This document shows positions 1 through 11,740 of a stretch of 64,000 nt of DNA, piece after piece. The DNA is taken from the NCBI GenBank assembly GCA_013239625.1, contig MU054323.1, positions 20,605,082-20,669,081 of the forward strand, given 5' to 3'. The notes under the pieces are model-generated. The model had not been told where the DNA came from. It made no database searches and saw only the letters and a list, made by a program, of their open reading frames with translations. This DNA is from Lama guanicoe. Its lineage: Eukaryota. The stretch's first letter is position 1; each line of letters begins with the position of its first letter. The translations under genes were made by a program, and so were the position numbers.

Positions 1-1076
1 AGGCTGCCCAGGGGGCCAGGGGCAGAGGAAAGAGTTGGTGAATCTCTGAGGGAGCTGGGTCCCAGGGCAGGGTGGCTGGACAGAGAGGTGGCCAGCAGCC
101 AGCAGGGCAGCACAGTCTGAGCCTGGGAACCCCGAGGCCCATCACAGGGGCCCAGAGGCACCTGGGCCTGCACAAGACAGAACTGAGGGAGCAAATGCCC
201 TAGCCAGCTGAGGGCTGGACTTGGGGACTGTACCCCAAGGATATAGCTCTGCCCACACCTGAACAAGGGGAGAGGCAGTAAGTACGAGGCGGGGGCAGGA
301 AGGTGTCTCTGAAACCTGATCCAGACAGCATTTCCTGGGAGGTAAACTAAGGTCCATATGCAGCAAGAAACTAGGCCAAGTGCCTTGAGGCTAAAGGCCA
401 AGAGCTGAGGGTCCTAATTTACTTGCCCTGGTAGCTTCTGGCAAGAGCCCTTCACTGCCTTCTCTTCCAGGATACAACAGGCTGCAGTGCCGAGAAGGAG
501 AAGACTGAGGCGGGGGTGATGTCAACCAAGGAATTAAGTAAGCAGAGGAGCTGATAACATCGCACAGCAAGGCTCGCTGTGGGCAAGGTGACTCATCGAA
601 GCCGGGCCCCAGCATCACAGGCTGATTGTTGTTGTGCCAGCCTGTGGGGCCGAGGAGGAGGTAGGGGGCCGCGGCAGGTTTCTCACTGAGCCCTCTGCTC
701 AGTGGAGACGTCGTAGAACACAGTGTCCTCCGCCTCCAGAGCCCTCCGCTGGCTCAGAAACAGCCCTCCCTCCCGCTGCTGTGATTATCTCTGCCCACTG
801 AGTAAAGTGTGTTTTCGTGGGGTGTGTCAGGGTGATTTCCCCACCCGCATCCCACTGGGCACTCCAGTTACCAGAGATAGCTAACAGCAGAACAGTTGCT
901 CCCGCTGGTCGGACAACCGTCTGTGGTGACAACACCACCGGATGGCAAACTGCTAACCACGACCACGTGGTATCCTCGTGGAGGGAACAGCCTGTTCCTC
1001 CAGCTGCAGGCACCTGTGGAGCTGCCTCCACTCATCGCTGCCGAGGGGGCCAAAACGTTGGGTTCCTCCCCTTCCC

Positions 1077-1165
1077 CAGGGGCGCCGTGTACTGTTGTAC
1101 AAGTTGAGAACTGTACAACTGGCGGGGGCATCATTCACTTTACAGTGCCAGACCACATGGCCCCT
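1077..1165 (+). mobile_element. MER91-like hAT-Tip100 DNA transposon remnant
   Basis: caggggcgccgtgtactgttgtacaagttgagaactgtacaactggcgggggcatcattcac resembles the recalled MER91 terminus; a related copy lies inverted at 12831-12888. Confidence 0.55.
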
Positions 1166-1296
1166 TCCCTTTCCTAAATTATGTCTCATTCCCCTCCTCC
1201 ACCTAGAATGATCTATTCAGCTTGCCCTTGGTAAGTCTGTCTTTATACCAGACTTTCCCTCATAAGTGTAAACGTCTTCCTTTACCACCTGACTCC

Positions 1297-1520
1297 TTTC
1301 ATTCAATCAGTCATTCATTCATTCCACAAAAAAATTGTTGAGCTTGTGCCAGGTACTATTCTAGGCAAGGGAACAAGACAGACCCACCCTGAGTCACTGA
1401 GCTCACATTCCAGTTGTGGGGGAGGGAGACACAATAAACAAATAATCTGATACATAAAACTGCAAGTGACAGGAAGTGCCGTAAAGAAAAATAAAGCTGG
1501 GCCAGGAGACAGAGGGTGCT
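1297..1520 (-). mobile_element. L2 LINE 3' fragment
   Basis: (TTCA)n-like tail followed by gtgccaggtactattctagg...cacattccagttgtggg...gagacacaataaacaa, typical of an inverted L2 3' end. Confidence 0.7.
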
Positions 1521-1839
1521 AGGGCTTGCCTTCTGCCGGGACTGTCCCGAAAGGCTTCCCTTGGAGGGGGTAGCCCCTGAGTGGAGACCCGGAGGCCGTA
1601 AAGAAGGCACCTTCCCGGCAGAGCCCCTCCTGCCAGGCAGCCAATGCCAAAAGAAAGTTCTCCAGTCCAGCCCGATTCTGCCAGGAGCCTGTGGCATGGC
1701 CTGGGGCGCTTGCTTCCAGCGCTGGGTGTCCATTTCCTCCTTGACAAACAAGAGGCCCAGTTGTGCTGGCTCCCTGCGGGCTCCTCCAGCACGAATCCAC
1801 CCACCCGGAGGCCTGAGGAACTTCACGACACAGGCCCGG

Positions 1840-2003
1840 GCTGGAAGTCCAGCTCAGCCACCTCCAAAATGTGTGACCTCAGGCAGGTTACTTAGCCTCT
1901 CTGAGCTGATTTCCGTATCTGTAAAATGCCTTCCTCTGGGTGTTGTGAAGGATTAAATGAGCTTGCGGATCTGAAACCACCTGGTATATAGTAGGTGCTT
2001 AAC
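1840..2003 (+). mobile_element. MIR SINE
   Basis: core tgtgtgacctcaggcaggttacttagcctctctgagc...atctgtaaaatg...tgttgtgaaggattaaatgag. Confidence 0.85.
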
Positions 2004-2929
2004 GGCCTCCAAGGCCATACCTGGGAGAGGTGAGGAGATGGGGTGAGGGGAAGAGGTGCTGTTAGACGCTTGCCTTTCATTACAGGAGCCCGGAGAGGGC
2101 AATGCTGGCCTGAAGACACAAGGCCCTGCTGGCCGCCCGGGTGGGCAGAGAACAGCCAGCGGAGCCCCCAGGCCTGGCAGGAGGGGCTGTGCCGGCGGCT
2201 TTTGTGCTCCCCACTGACGTCAGCTGGTGAGGGTGGCTGGGGAGCTGCGGTGCGGGCCCTTGAACTGTCACACCACGGCCTGGCTCTCAACTTCCTCTGG
2301 GGCCCAGGGTGTGTGCAGCCCGCCCTCCCTTCCTTCCTCCCTCATTCAGGCTGTTTAGGGTGAGCGTCAGCCACCCTCCAGCTCCAGACCCTGTGCTCCC
2401 TCTCAGCTCCCAGAGTTCATCCAGCTCCCCCACCCCCTGCCAGATCTTTCTCTAGTCCCTGCAGGGACCCCAGCCCAGCCAGCAGGGCCCTCCGGGTGTG
2501 GGGTTGCAGGCAGTAACAGCAGTCAGCCACGCACTGTTCATCCGTGACCTCCCTTGATGTGAATCCTGTGATGTGGGGATTTTTAATCCCCTTTCTTACT
2601 TGAGGAAACTGAGGCTCCAGGAAGGAAGAGCTGCAGGGTTGACAGGTTTTCTTCCTGCAGGAGATGCCCACAAGTAGCCTTGCAAAGCAGAGGGGACCTG
2701 GAAAGGCAGGGAGAAGAGGGAGGGTGCAGGTGGTGGGCCAGCCTGAGGCTGGGACAGGGACTGGGGGACTCCTGTCCCACATAAGGCTGCAGGCCATGGT
2801 GTGCAAGGCCCTCCCGCTGCCCAGGAACCCAGGTGGTCTAGAAGCTGCTGGCTCAGTCTGGAAGGCCAGAGCCGGGCTGCAAGCCACGACGCAGACCACT
2901 TCTCAGGCCCCTCCTGGCTCCTGGCAGGA

Positions 2930-3140
2930 AACAGTAACAGTGACAGCTAATATTTATTGACAACTTTCCTGCACAGCAGGTGCTGTGCTAAGTGCTTTGC
3001 ATATATGAACCTATATAATTCTCATAATAGCTCTGCGAGGGAGGAAACTGGGGCACACGGAGGTTAAGTGACTTGCCTAAGGTCATACACAACCAGGATT
3101 CAACCGGGATGCCTGGTTCCAGAGGCCACACTCACCTCCC
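2930..3140 (-). mobile_element. MIR SINE
   Basis: gtgctgtgctaagtgctttgc...gaggaaactggggcacacggaggttaagtgacttgcctaaggtcatac. Confidence 0.85.
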
Positions 3141-4039
3141 CTCAAAGTAGAGATTCCTGGAGCAGGGAAGACCTGGGACCAGGGGGTTGGGCTGGAACTG
3201 GCGGGTACTGGGGAGCCATGGCAGGGTTCTGAGCAAGGGACCAGCAAGTCCCTAGAACTGGCCAGTCTGTGTATGCACAAACGACTGCAGGGGCCAACAA
3301 GCTAGACCTCAACAAGGGCTGAATGCAGGACCCCTTCTGATTTTGACAGGAGAAGGCAAAGAGGGCAACGCTTCCCCCAAAGAAAAGAGCTGACAAGAGG
3401 CTGGTTGGCCACGTGCTGGGCTTGAAGCAGTAAAGGTGGCAGCTCAGGCATGGGGAAGGGAGCCAGCAGCTGCTTCCTCTGCCCCCTCTCCCCGCCCACA
3501 GGGGGCTGCTATAGATGGGTGCGCAGTTCCCAGGCCTGGGGCCTGAGAGCAGCCAGCCTGCTGGGCCACCTGGCTGTCTATCTGTCTGTGTGCCCATGCA
3601 TGTGCCGGCACATATAAGAAGGCGGGGAGAAGGGGCCTCTGCGTATGCTGGTTTACAGGGAGACCTGCCCCCCACACCCACCTGCTGCTGCAGCCGCAGA
3701 GAACAGGACGCCCTGACTCTAATCTGCACCTCTGGGGCCTTGAAACCACAGCCAGCACGTCAGTGGTGCGTGCACAGGGGCTGGGTGGGAGGTGGGGCCA
3801 GGGATGCAGAGTGCGCAGGTGTGCCCCAACGTGCGTGTGCAGGGCAGGCGTGGGAGGTGTGGTTCTGGGGAAGAGGGCAGGTGGAGTGGAAGGGAGCTGG
3901 ACCTCCTCTGGGAGGCGGGGCACAGAGTCCATCCCTCTGATCCCAGATCCAGATGTCTAGCAGCTGCTCCTCCCCTCCCCAGCCCCTCAAGGGACCAGCC
4001 TTCTCTCCCACAGGTACCCTCCTCTGGGCAACAGTCCCA

Positions 4040-4480
4040 ACAACTGCATAAATGTCTATGGAGTATTTAAAATGGCTCAACACAGTTCCGGGCACTTGGA
4101 AAACATCCATGAGCAAAACAAAGGTCCCTGCCCTCACAGGGCCAACATTCCCACTGGGGAGACACAGTAGATGGAATGAGCAAAATGAGGTATGTAAGTA
4201 GGTGGTGGGTGCTATAGGGGAAACGGGGAGACAGAGTGGGGCTGGGAGACGAGTGCTGGGTGGGCGAGAGGGGATGTGTGTGAAGCAGGGGTGTGTGTCC
4301 GCATGCACACAGGTCACAGTATTAAACTGGGCAGTCCACTGTAAGCCCCATTCAGAGGGTGACACTTCCACAAAAGCTTGGAGAGGAAGGAGCCAAGCAG
4401 GGTCTGGGAGAAAACATTCCAGACAGAGGAAATAGCTAGAACAAAGGCCCTGAGGCAGGAGCACGCCTGACCAGCACTGA
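4040..4480 (-). mobile_element. L2 LINE fragment
   Basis: gagcaaaacaaaggtccctgccctcacagggccaacattcc...aaacattccagacagaggaaatagc...aaaggccctgaggcaggag, characteristic L2 segments. Confidence 0.75.
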
Positions 4481-5804
4481 GGAAGGACAAGCAGGCCTGG
4501 GGGAGGGACTGAAGTGGCCCTACTCCTCCTGGCATCTGCTCTCCTTGCCAAAAGCGGGGCCCTGATTTCCAGTGGGTTAAAGAAAAAGGACCTTCTGGTA
4601 CCTATAGGAAAGGCCAAAGGGCTCCCAGAGGAACCAATGTCATGGAAAGAAAGGGACAGGGAGGGAAAAGGGGTTTAGACCAGAAGGAGCCTACGACTGT
4701 TCTGGGGCCTGAGCTCAGGGAGGAGGCCCTGGGCTGGGGGCCCGCAGAGGGAGAATGGGGGGCGTGGTGGGATGTCTCTGGGGGCCCAAGGCCCTCACAA
4801 GCCTGCCCCTGGGAGCTCACTGAGAGAGCGCAGCCCTGCTCCCTGGGGGTCAGCTGGCCACCCACAGGGAGGAGGGAGCCTGGCCCCTCCTGTCTCTGCC
4901 TGCTGAGGCTGCCAGCCCCTTCTGAGGTCAGTGTCCCTCCCCACATTCAGGCACCCCCATAGGGAGGTGGGGGGCACAGTTGACCTCAGGAGATGGAGGC
5001 TGACGGCTGACCAGGGGACAGGAATGTGCATGCAGCCCCACCCTGCCCTGCAAGTTGTGGAAGCTGGCGTTCTAAACAGTAGTTCCCCTCTAAACCTGCC
5101 AGACCACCACCCAAGGTTGCAGGGCTAGCCCAGTGTGTGATCCTGACAGACGGGGCAGCAGGAGGTCGGGAACTAGAAGAAAGGGAGGAGGCTTGAGCCT
5201 TTTAGGATGAGAGCAGATCTGAATGGAGAGAGGACACCTCCGTGAGTTCAGACACTGGCACACACGCACTGTCACACCTCACGCACGTACTTAGTCCCCT
5301 ATGGCCCCTGCCCTCAACACACAGAGCTTCTCACATCCAGGGATATCTGCCCACACCTCACACACAGCCAAAGTAACACTCAGACACACGTGCACTGGGA
5401 ACATTCACACTCATGTAAGGCATGCCAGCATGACGAGGGGCACACACAGTTACACATCCTCACAGGCACAGTTACTTCCCCTGGGCACTAGAAGCACATA
5501 GGCCCCTTGGCAACAGGCCTGGAAGAAGATGGAGATGCGTCTGCAAAGCATAAGAAGAATGGAAAGTGATGACTGGGGACAGACGGAGATGGGGTGACAG
5601 ATATGGAGAGTCAGAGAAAGGCATGTCACAGCCACACCCATGTACTAGGCAGCCTCCCTGTGGGCCGAGTGGCACCGCTCAGCCACTCTGTGACACTGTG
5701 AAGTCACTCAGGCTCTCCAAGTTTTCATTTTTCTCTTTAAAATGAGAATCTGATAACACCTGCTTTGCATGCCAGATTGCTCTGCTGTGAGTTGACAGAT
5801 GAAT

Positions 5805-6432
5805 CCTGACTGCTCTACCTCCAAAACCCAGTCAGAATCCAACCACTTCTCCCACCTCTGGCTGACCACCTTGGCCACCATCCCTCTTTTTCCCTGCCTC
5901 CTGTCTTGTCCCCTGATGCTTGTGGTTCACCTGCAGCCACTGACCGTCCCCTCCAAACCAAAGCCAGTGTTTTCATCTCATCCACAGTAAAAAGCAAAGT
6001 CCTCACAATGGTCCATAGGGAGCTGCCCTCCCCTCCCTTATCTCCCTTCTTGCTCTCAACTCCAGCCACCCTGGGCTCTCACTATTCTACAAACACCCGG
6101 ACTGCCCAGAGTGTCCTCAGGACTTCTCCTCAGGATTGACTCTAATGACACCCTCTTAGTGAGGCCTTCCTGGCTCACTGCTCACACTGCAGCCCCCAGC
6201 TCAGCGCTCTCTATCCCCCTCCCCTGCTCTTTTCTTCTTAGCATCTTTCCCCACTGAACATACCACTTATTTGATCAAATTTTTTGTCTCTCTTATCAAA
6301 GTGGCAACTCCATGGGGCAGGGACTTCCATCTGCTTTATTCTCTGCTATGACCCCCACTCCTAGAGCAGTACCTAGGTCACAGGACTCAATAAATATTGA
6401 GTGAGTGAGTGAGTGAACGAATGAATGAATGA
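5805..6432 (+). mobile_element. L2 LINE 3' fragment
   Basis: ctctacctccaaaac...agaatccaaccacttctc...ctagagcagtacct...ctcaataaatattg followed by a (GAGT/GAAT)n tail. Confidence 0.85.
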
Positions 6433-6494
6433 GCTAGTAAATAGGTAAGCATTTATAAAGCAAGATGAAAGAACAGGAAGGACCAACCCTAAAT

Positions 6495-6622
6495 GAGCCA
6501 TTACTGTGTACTGGAAATTGCAAATAGGATACATATTTCTTTATTCTCTAACAACCTTGGGAAGCTAGTCAAATTGTTCCCATTTTACAGATGAGAAGCC
6601 TAAGGATCAGAAAGTTATGACC
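6495..6622 (-). mobile_element. MIR SINE, first half (continues ~8117-8190 after nested insertions)
   Basis: cccattttacagatgagaagcctaaggatcagaaagtt; the next MIR segment (aatcacatggttaatatg...tgaaccca) reappears after 8116. Confidence 0.65.
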
Positions 6623-6804
6623 TATGGCCTCAATGGCAATCAACAGTAATTCCTCCCATCTCTATATCAGATGCTGTCCCTCTCTTCAAGACTTGGAGTC
6701 CGTTTCCCTCCCTCCTTGACGATGGGCTGGTCTTGTGGCTCGCTTAAACCAACAGAATGAGGCAGAAATGGCAGTTTTGGTCTAGGCCTTAAGAGACCCG
6801 GCCC

Positions 6805-7981
6805 CTGGGCCAGCTACATAATTTTCAGGGTCCAAAGAAGATGAAAATGTGAGTCCCCTTGTTCAAAAAGCAAGAAAAAAGTGTTGTTGTTGGTACTAAA
6901 ATGTAAAGCTCTCCTTCCTTCCGTAGTCTCTCTTCAGTCATCATGGTGTTTTTTTGCTACTTAATGTGATTCTAATGTTACCATGAATTTTACTGTTCAG
7001 TTTTATATTATTCAATGCCAGTTTTAAGTGCAAGTATAAAAGCATTTACCTCCCACGTGGAATCACCAAAATTATGCAATTCATATTTTGTAGTTCATAT
7101 ATGCATATGTATTTCACTCTTACTAGAACAGTGGAAACACTGCACAAAATATTGCCTGAAACTAACTCAACCTGTGTTTCTCTTTTTTTCTGCTTTTACT
7201 TTTATTTGCATTTATTTTATGCTGAATTTATTCCCAGGCCATATGTTTTGTTTCTTCAGTTTCTTCCGGGATGTCTTTTCCTTCTGTGCCACCTCCGCTT
7301 CCGTTTTAGGAACAATCTGCTCATTTTCAATAACAATCATCTCAACGTGGCAGGGTGAGCTCCCAAGGGGGTTCAGTTGGCCAGGAGCTCTGTAAGTTCA
7401 GCTGGGCCATGCTTCTTAGGGCCTTGGTTCACCTGGATGTGCTCAAAGACCTGAGAATCTACATCTAAACCCTTCAGTTCAGCAGTACACTCTGTATTTT
7501 CTAGCACATGCAGCCAAAATTCAGCACTCTCTCTGGGCCACCGACCGGCGTTCAGCCTTGCGGTTTGGCTGGAGCACACCTACCAGCCCCACCTTTGTAA
7601 CAGCACACGTGCTTCTGGAAACTGACATTCTTCAGATCCTTGATGACCTGGGTGGTTTCACGGGTGTCCTTAAAGTGAAGATGAAGATTTGAACTTCCTG
7701 ATTTGCATGATTTTGTGGGGTTTTCTAGGTGGAGTGAATAGTGAACCATCTTCCGAGATTATTTCAGGCCACTTGCAGGAAGAGCTTCTCTTCTTGATAC
7801 GCACACATTCTACCAACGCTCTCTGCCTTCAGCCTGCTGATGAGTAAGGAAGGACTGAGAGGAAAAGGAACTGTCTATGCAGGGATAGGGAAGCAAGGAG
7901 CAGGGTGGGCACAGGGTACGCTGACCGCCTCTGCTCACGCGCATGCAACACTGTGCCATCAACTTCACTAACCAAACACAA
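6805..7981 (+). mobile_element. MER45(B)-like hAT-Tip100 DNA transposon, interrupted by the RPL17 retrocopy (parts 6805-~7180 and ~7793-7981)
   Basis: start ctgggccagctacataattttcagggtcc...atgaaaatgtgagtccccttgttcaaaaa; internal ...aaactaactcaac | cttgatacgcacacattctaccaac...ctgatgagtaaggaaggactga continues across the pseudogene. Confidence 0.7.
7185..7785 (-). pseudogene. RPL17: Processed pseudogene of 60S ribosomal protein L17 (uL22)
   Basis: ATG at 7749 gives [37 protein letters not shown] (27/37 identical to recalled human RPL17 N-terminus); other frames give [10 protein letters not shown]...[10 protein letters not shown]...EHIQVN and SSPCHVEMI...EQIVPK...KKLKKQ; intronless; premature TGA at 7552-7554 plus frameshifts; original stop 7228-7230; AATAAA-containing 3'UTR, A-rich tail, pyrimidine-rich 5' end; candidate TSD TTCTCTT at 7178-7184 and 7786-7792. 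Confidence 0.96.
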
Positions 7982-8760
7982 CACAATGTGCAGAACAAAT
8001 GGGCTATCCCACCAAGCCCTGCCCAAACTTTAGATTCAAGAGCAAATAAACCGTGGTTGTTTTTGAGCCACTGAGTTTTGTGGTGGCTTGTTACACAGCC
8101 ATTGATGACTGATGCAATGATTAAAATCACATGGTTAATATGAGACCAGGCTATGGCTGAACCCACTTTGCTCTGCTTCTCAAGTCCACATTCTTCTCTG
8201 CCCCACCTGGGCTATCTTACAAATGTTTCACAGTGTTATTCCTATTCTCCTTGGAGAGTTGGTGAGTTAAGTGTTGAGCTGGGGGAGACGGGCTGGGGTG
8301 GGGGTGGTGGGCTGAGGTTACTTAGCTGCAACAAATCAAAATTATTATAGAGCTCAGAAGAAGCCACATCTGGACTCGATGTGCAGAACAAGGGGTTGGT
8401 GGGCCGGTCAGGGTTGCAAACAGGCCCAGCCTCTGTCCAGGGTAAGCCTGCACCCAGCGGGGTGCTTGGACATCTGTTTTCCATCTTGATTCAGTAAATA
8501 AAGCTGCTCTCCTCTGCTGACCCTACAGGAAATGGGAGTCAAAAGTTCAGCTGGCCAGAGAGGACTTCTCCTCTGATAGGAGGCCTCCCACATGCCTGGA
8601 TAAGATGCAGACACACTCTTCCCTCTGAACCAGCAGAGAAAGGACTTCTCAGGGCCTCCTTTGGTCAAGGAATCAGGTTTTTCTCATTTAACCAATGCTG
8701 TCAGCTATTAGCATATCAAGTTAGTATGTTGGGCATTTATTCTTTTGATCTCATGGCTCA

Positions 8761-9355
8761 TACATTGGTAAAGAAGTTTTCAGTGGCCAGAAACAGAGAA
8801 CTTCTATTCAGTTGGCTTAGACAATAAGGAAAGTGTATTTTCTGATAGAACAAGAAGTCCAGAGGAACAGTAGCTTCAGGAGAGGTTAATCCTGCAGCTC
8901 AACATCATCATAAGGACCCAAATTACTTCCTTTCTCCTTCCCTCTCTGCCATTCTCAGCATGTTGCCTTGTCCTTGGCTAGGCTCGCCTCACAGTCACAA
9001 GATGGTTGCTCCCACCCCAGATAACACACCATCATGCAATGTCCACAGCAGCAAACAAAACAAAAGGAAATAACAAAACCCCAGGAAACATCTCATCCTT
9101 GTTTCCCATTTTAAGATCAAGGAAAATTTTTCTCAGAAGCCCTCAGGAGGCTGTTCTTCACTGCTCATTGACCAGAATTGAGTCACATCCCACGCCTGAA
9201 TCTATCCCAAGCAAGAGGGATAATGCCACCATTAATGCCACAATACTAACCTGCGCCCAGAAGGAGAAGTCCAAACACAACAAACCTAGGCTGAACAGTT
9301 GCTAAGAGGAGGGTAGTGGGAGGAAGAAGGGCAATTATGTAGGCAAGCAACTGTG
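8761..9355 (-). mobile_element. MLT1-family (MLT1J/K-like) LTR
   Basis: ttttcagtggccagaaacagagaa...ggcttagacaataagg...gtcacaagatggttgct...ctcattgaccagaattgagtcacat. Confidence 0.7.
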
Positions 9356-9450
9356 TGTGCTGGAGCTCATTTGATTGGATCCAGCTTTTCTACAGGTATG
9401 GGAAGAGGAGGAAAGAATTGGTATCTACAAAGTAAGCCAGAGCAGCAGTT

Positions 9451-9549
9451 GGGGTGGTAGTAGATCAGTGGTAGAGTGTGTGCTTAGCATGCACAAGGTC
9501 CTGGGTTCAGTCCCCACTACCTCCATTAAAAACAAGGTTAAAAAAATAA
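9451..9549 (+). mobile_element. tRNA(Ala)-derived SINE, vic-1-like, short form
   Basis: tagatcagtggtagagtgtgtgcttagcatgcacaaggtcctgggttcagtccccactacctcca plus A-rich tail; TSD AAAGTAAGCCA at 9429-9439 and 9550-9560. Confidence 0.9.
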
Positions 9550-10232
9550 AAAGTAAGCCAAGCCCCCCATATCCTATCACTCAACTATACTGCCTCACAA
9601 AGCATCACAGGGAGTGCATTTTACTTAAAGTCCTCACTGGAAGCATATAAAAACTCAGGGGCTGAGACGGAAACATTGTTCCCTCATCTGAGCATCTGTT
9701 TAGGTTCTTAAGAGCATCAGTGTAGGAGTTGGACCCAGGTTTGAATTTGGGCCCTGTCCTTTTCTGTTTTCCTGATCTTGTAGGAGCTGTTCCATCTCTC
9801 TAAATCACCTTTTCTTTGTGTGTAAGATGAGGAGAACAATACCCAGACTGTTTTATTAACCAATGCACTGCCTGGTGTATAGAAAGGGGTCAAAAACTAT
9901 TGGGGACAGGTGGAACCATGTGACCCAGATTGGCTGTCTCCTCCTACAAAGCCACCCCTACTCCTTCCTTGAGCTCCTCTCCCTCCTCTGAGCCCCATCC
10001 TCAGGCTCCAGCCTCTCTCCTCTCACATCCCTCCTCCCCCCAACCCTACCCACAGTGCTTCCTGTCTGGGCTGCTCCACTAGCACCTAGACAGGATGTCC
10101 TATGCACATTCAGATAAAGAAACTGAATTCCGCCGTGGCTGCCCACCTCATAGAATCACTCACTACTCACCATCCTGATGGGTCCACACTTCAGGCCCCA
10201 GCTCCTCTCTGTTCCCATAACGCTGACTTCTC

Positions 10233-10570
10233 TGTATTTATCAGTCAGGATTCTTGGTTGCAAGCAGCAGGACACTCACAGACTCCTCGGGCTGGCCCAG
10301 GAACCAAGGAGCACCAGGCCACAGCCAGAACCCAGCCCAAATCACACCTCAGGGTGAGACCAGAGCAGACAACAGAGAAACTGGCCCTGAGGCTCCACTG
10401 CCCCAGAAAACTCGTCCTGCTGCTACAGCCAGTTCTGTCAGATACATCCCATCTCTGCTCATGGGCTTAAGATTCAGAGTTCCTGGGTGGTTGCATCTGA
10501 TTGGCTGAGCCAGGTCATATGCCTGCACTGCAGCTGCAAGGGAGGCTGGGAAAGTGAGGTCTGGTTTCTA
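10233..10570 (-). mobile_element. Old MLT1-family LTR fragment
   Basis: tgtatttatcagtcaggattcttggttgcaagca...tctgattggctgagccaggtcat...agctgcaagggaggctgggaaa. Confidence 0.6.
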
Positions 10571-11046
10571 GGGTAGGAGGAGGGCTCTGCCTCCCTGGGA
10601 GATCCACAAGTTTAGGGGTGCTCCAAATAGATGCTGGAGAGCTACGGAAAGGATAAAGGTGCACTCTGCTGAGACCATTTGCTCCCAGAGGGGCAGGGCC
10701 TGTGGCTGCCTGTCACATCCCCTACTCCCAGCATTTGGAAAATGCTCTCAAATAGGCTTCAGGAAAGTCTATGGTGATCTGACTCACCTGGACTCAGAGA
10801 ACACTGGGGGACCACGCCTTGGGATCCCTGCAAAAGAAGTCTGAAGACGAACATAGGATCACCCACTTTTTATTTTGCCAGGAATTTCGAAAGCAAATAG
10901 CAAATAAACCATGGTCTACCCTCACCATCATTTTATAAAAGAGGGGATATCTTAAACACCAAAAAGACAAACACACAAACAAAAAACAGGAGAGGGGAGA
11001 GCACAATTTTAGAATAAACATAATCCTTAAAATTAAATACGTTACC

Positions 11047-11134
11047 TTTTTTTGTTTTTAATGGAGGCACTGGGGCTTGAACCCAGGACCTCGTACATAG
11101 CAAGCACACACTCTAGCACTGAACTATACCCCCC
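11047..11134 (-). mobile_element. tRNA(Ala)-derived SINE, vic-1-like, short form
   Basis: poly-T then atggaggcactggggcttgaacccaggacctcgtacatagcaagcacacactctagcactgaactatacccccc. Confidence 0.9.
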
Positions 11135-11209
11135 AATACATGTTAGCTTTAGGAAAAACTCAGTGTATCATCTGGATTTTTCTGCTTTCTCTGGAAACCT
11201 ATGTAAAGG

Positions 11210-11600
11210 TCATGACACAACTGACTTTGAACAAGAACTGTGGACTACATTGTCCCAACTGGTATTGTACCAATGCTAAGTTTCCTGATTTTGTTAACTG
11301 CAGGGGTTATGTAAGGCTTACATGGTAAGAGAATGTCCCTATTCTTAGGAAATATACCCTGAAGCATTTAGAGGTAAAGGGGCACCTATCTCAATTTACT
11401 CTCAAATAGTTTGGGAAGAAATTATACACACACACACACGCACTCACACACATACACATATATACAGAGAAAGTGAAATCAAGCAAGAGGGACAAAATGT
11501 AAATAATTGATAAATTTGAGTAAAACCTATGCTATAGTCTTTGTACTATTCTTGCCCCTTTTTTTTTTGTAAATTTGAAATTATATTAAAATTAAAAGTT
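11210..11600 (+). mobile_element. Old L1 3' end (L1MC-like) with embedded (CA)n at ~11425-11460
   Basis: aatgtccctattcttaggaaatataccctgaagcatttagaggtaaagggg...tttactctcaaatagtt...ttgtactattcttg...gtaaatttgaaattat. Confidence 0.75.
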
Positions 11601-11740
11601 ACACGCCCACCCCCCCTCTTACCAAAAAAAAACCCATCAGCAATTTTCAATAAGGGTTGGATTTCACTTGGTCCATTACCTCTTTTGGTACTGTTTGAAC
11701 ATTCATGTTCATGTGCAATGTTTGTAATCAGAAAGAATAA

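Larger units (their letters stand above)
6623..8116 (+). mobile_element. MLT1-family (ERVL-MaLR) solo LTR split into 6623-6804 and ~7982-8116
   Basis: gggctggtcttgtggctcgcttaaaccaacagaatgaggcagaa...ctaggccttaagagacc, and the 3' end aaataaa...tgagccactgagttttgtggtggcttgttacacagccattgatgactgatgca. Confidence 0.75.

Noticed and set aside
2350..2359. Possible microexon (pyrimidine tract-CAG ... GTGAGC)
   Set aside because: 10 nt, not frame-preserving, with no host gene evidence.
3760..4617. Longest ORF (285 aa, minus strand)
   Set aside because: Overlaps an L2 fragment, has Pro/Leu-rich GC-driven composition and no recognisable domain; likely a chance ORF.
7015..7395. Hydrophobic 126-aa plus-strand ORF
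   Set aside because: Antisense read of the RPL17 pseudogene tail plus MER45 sequence.
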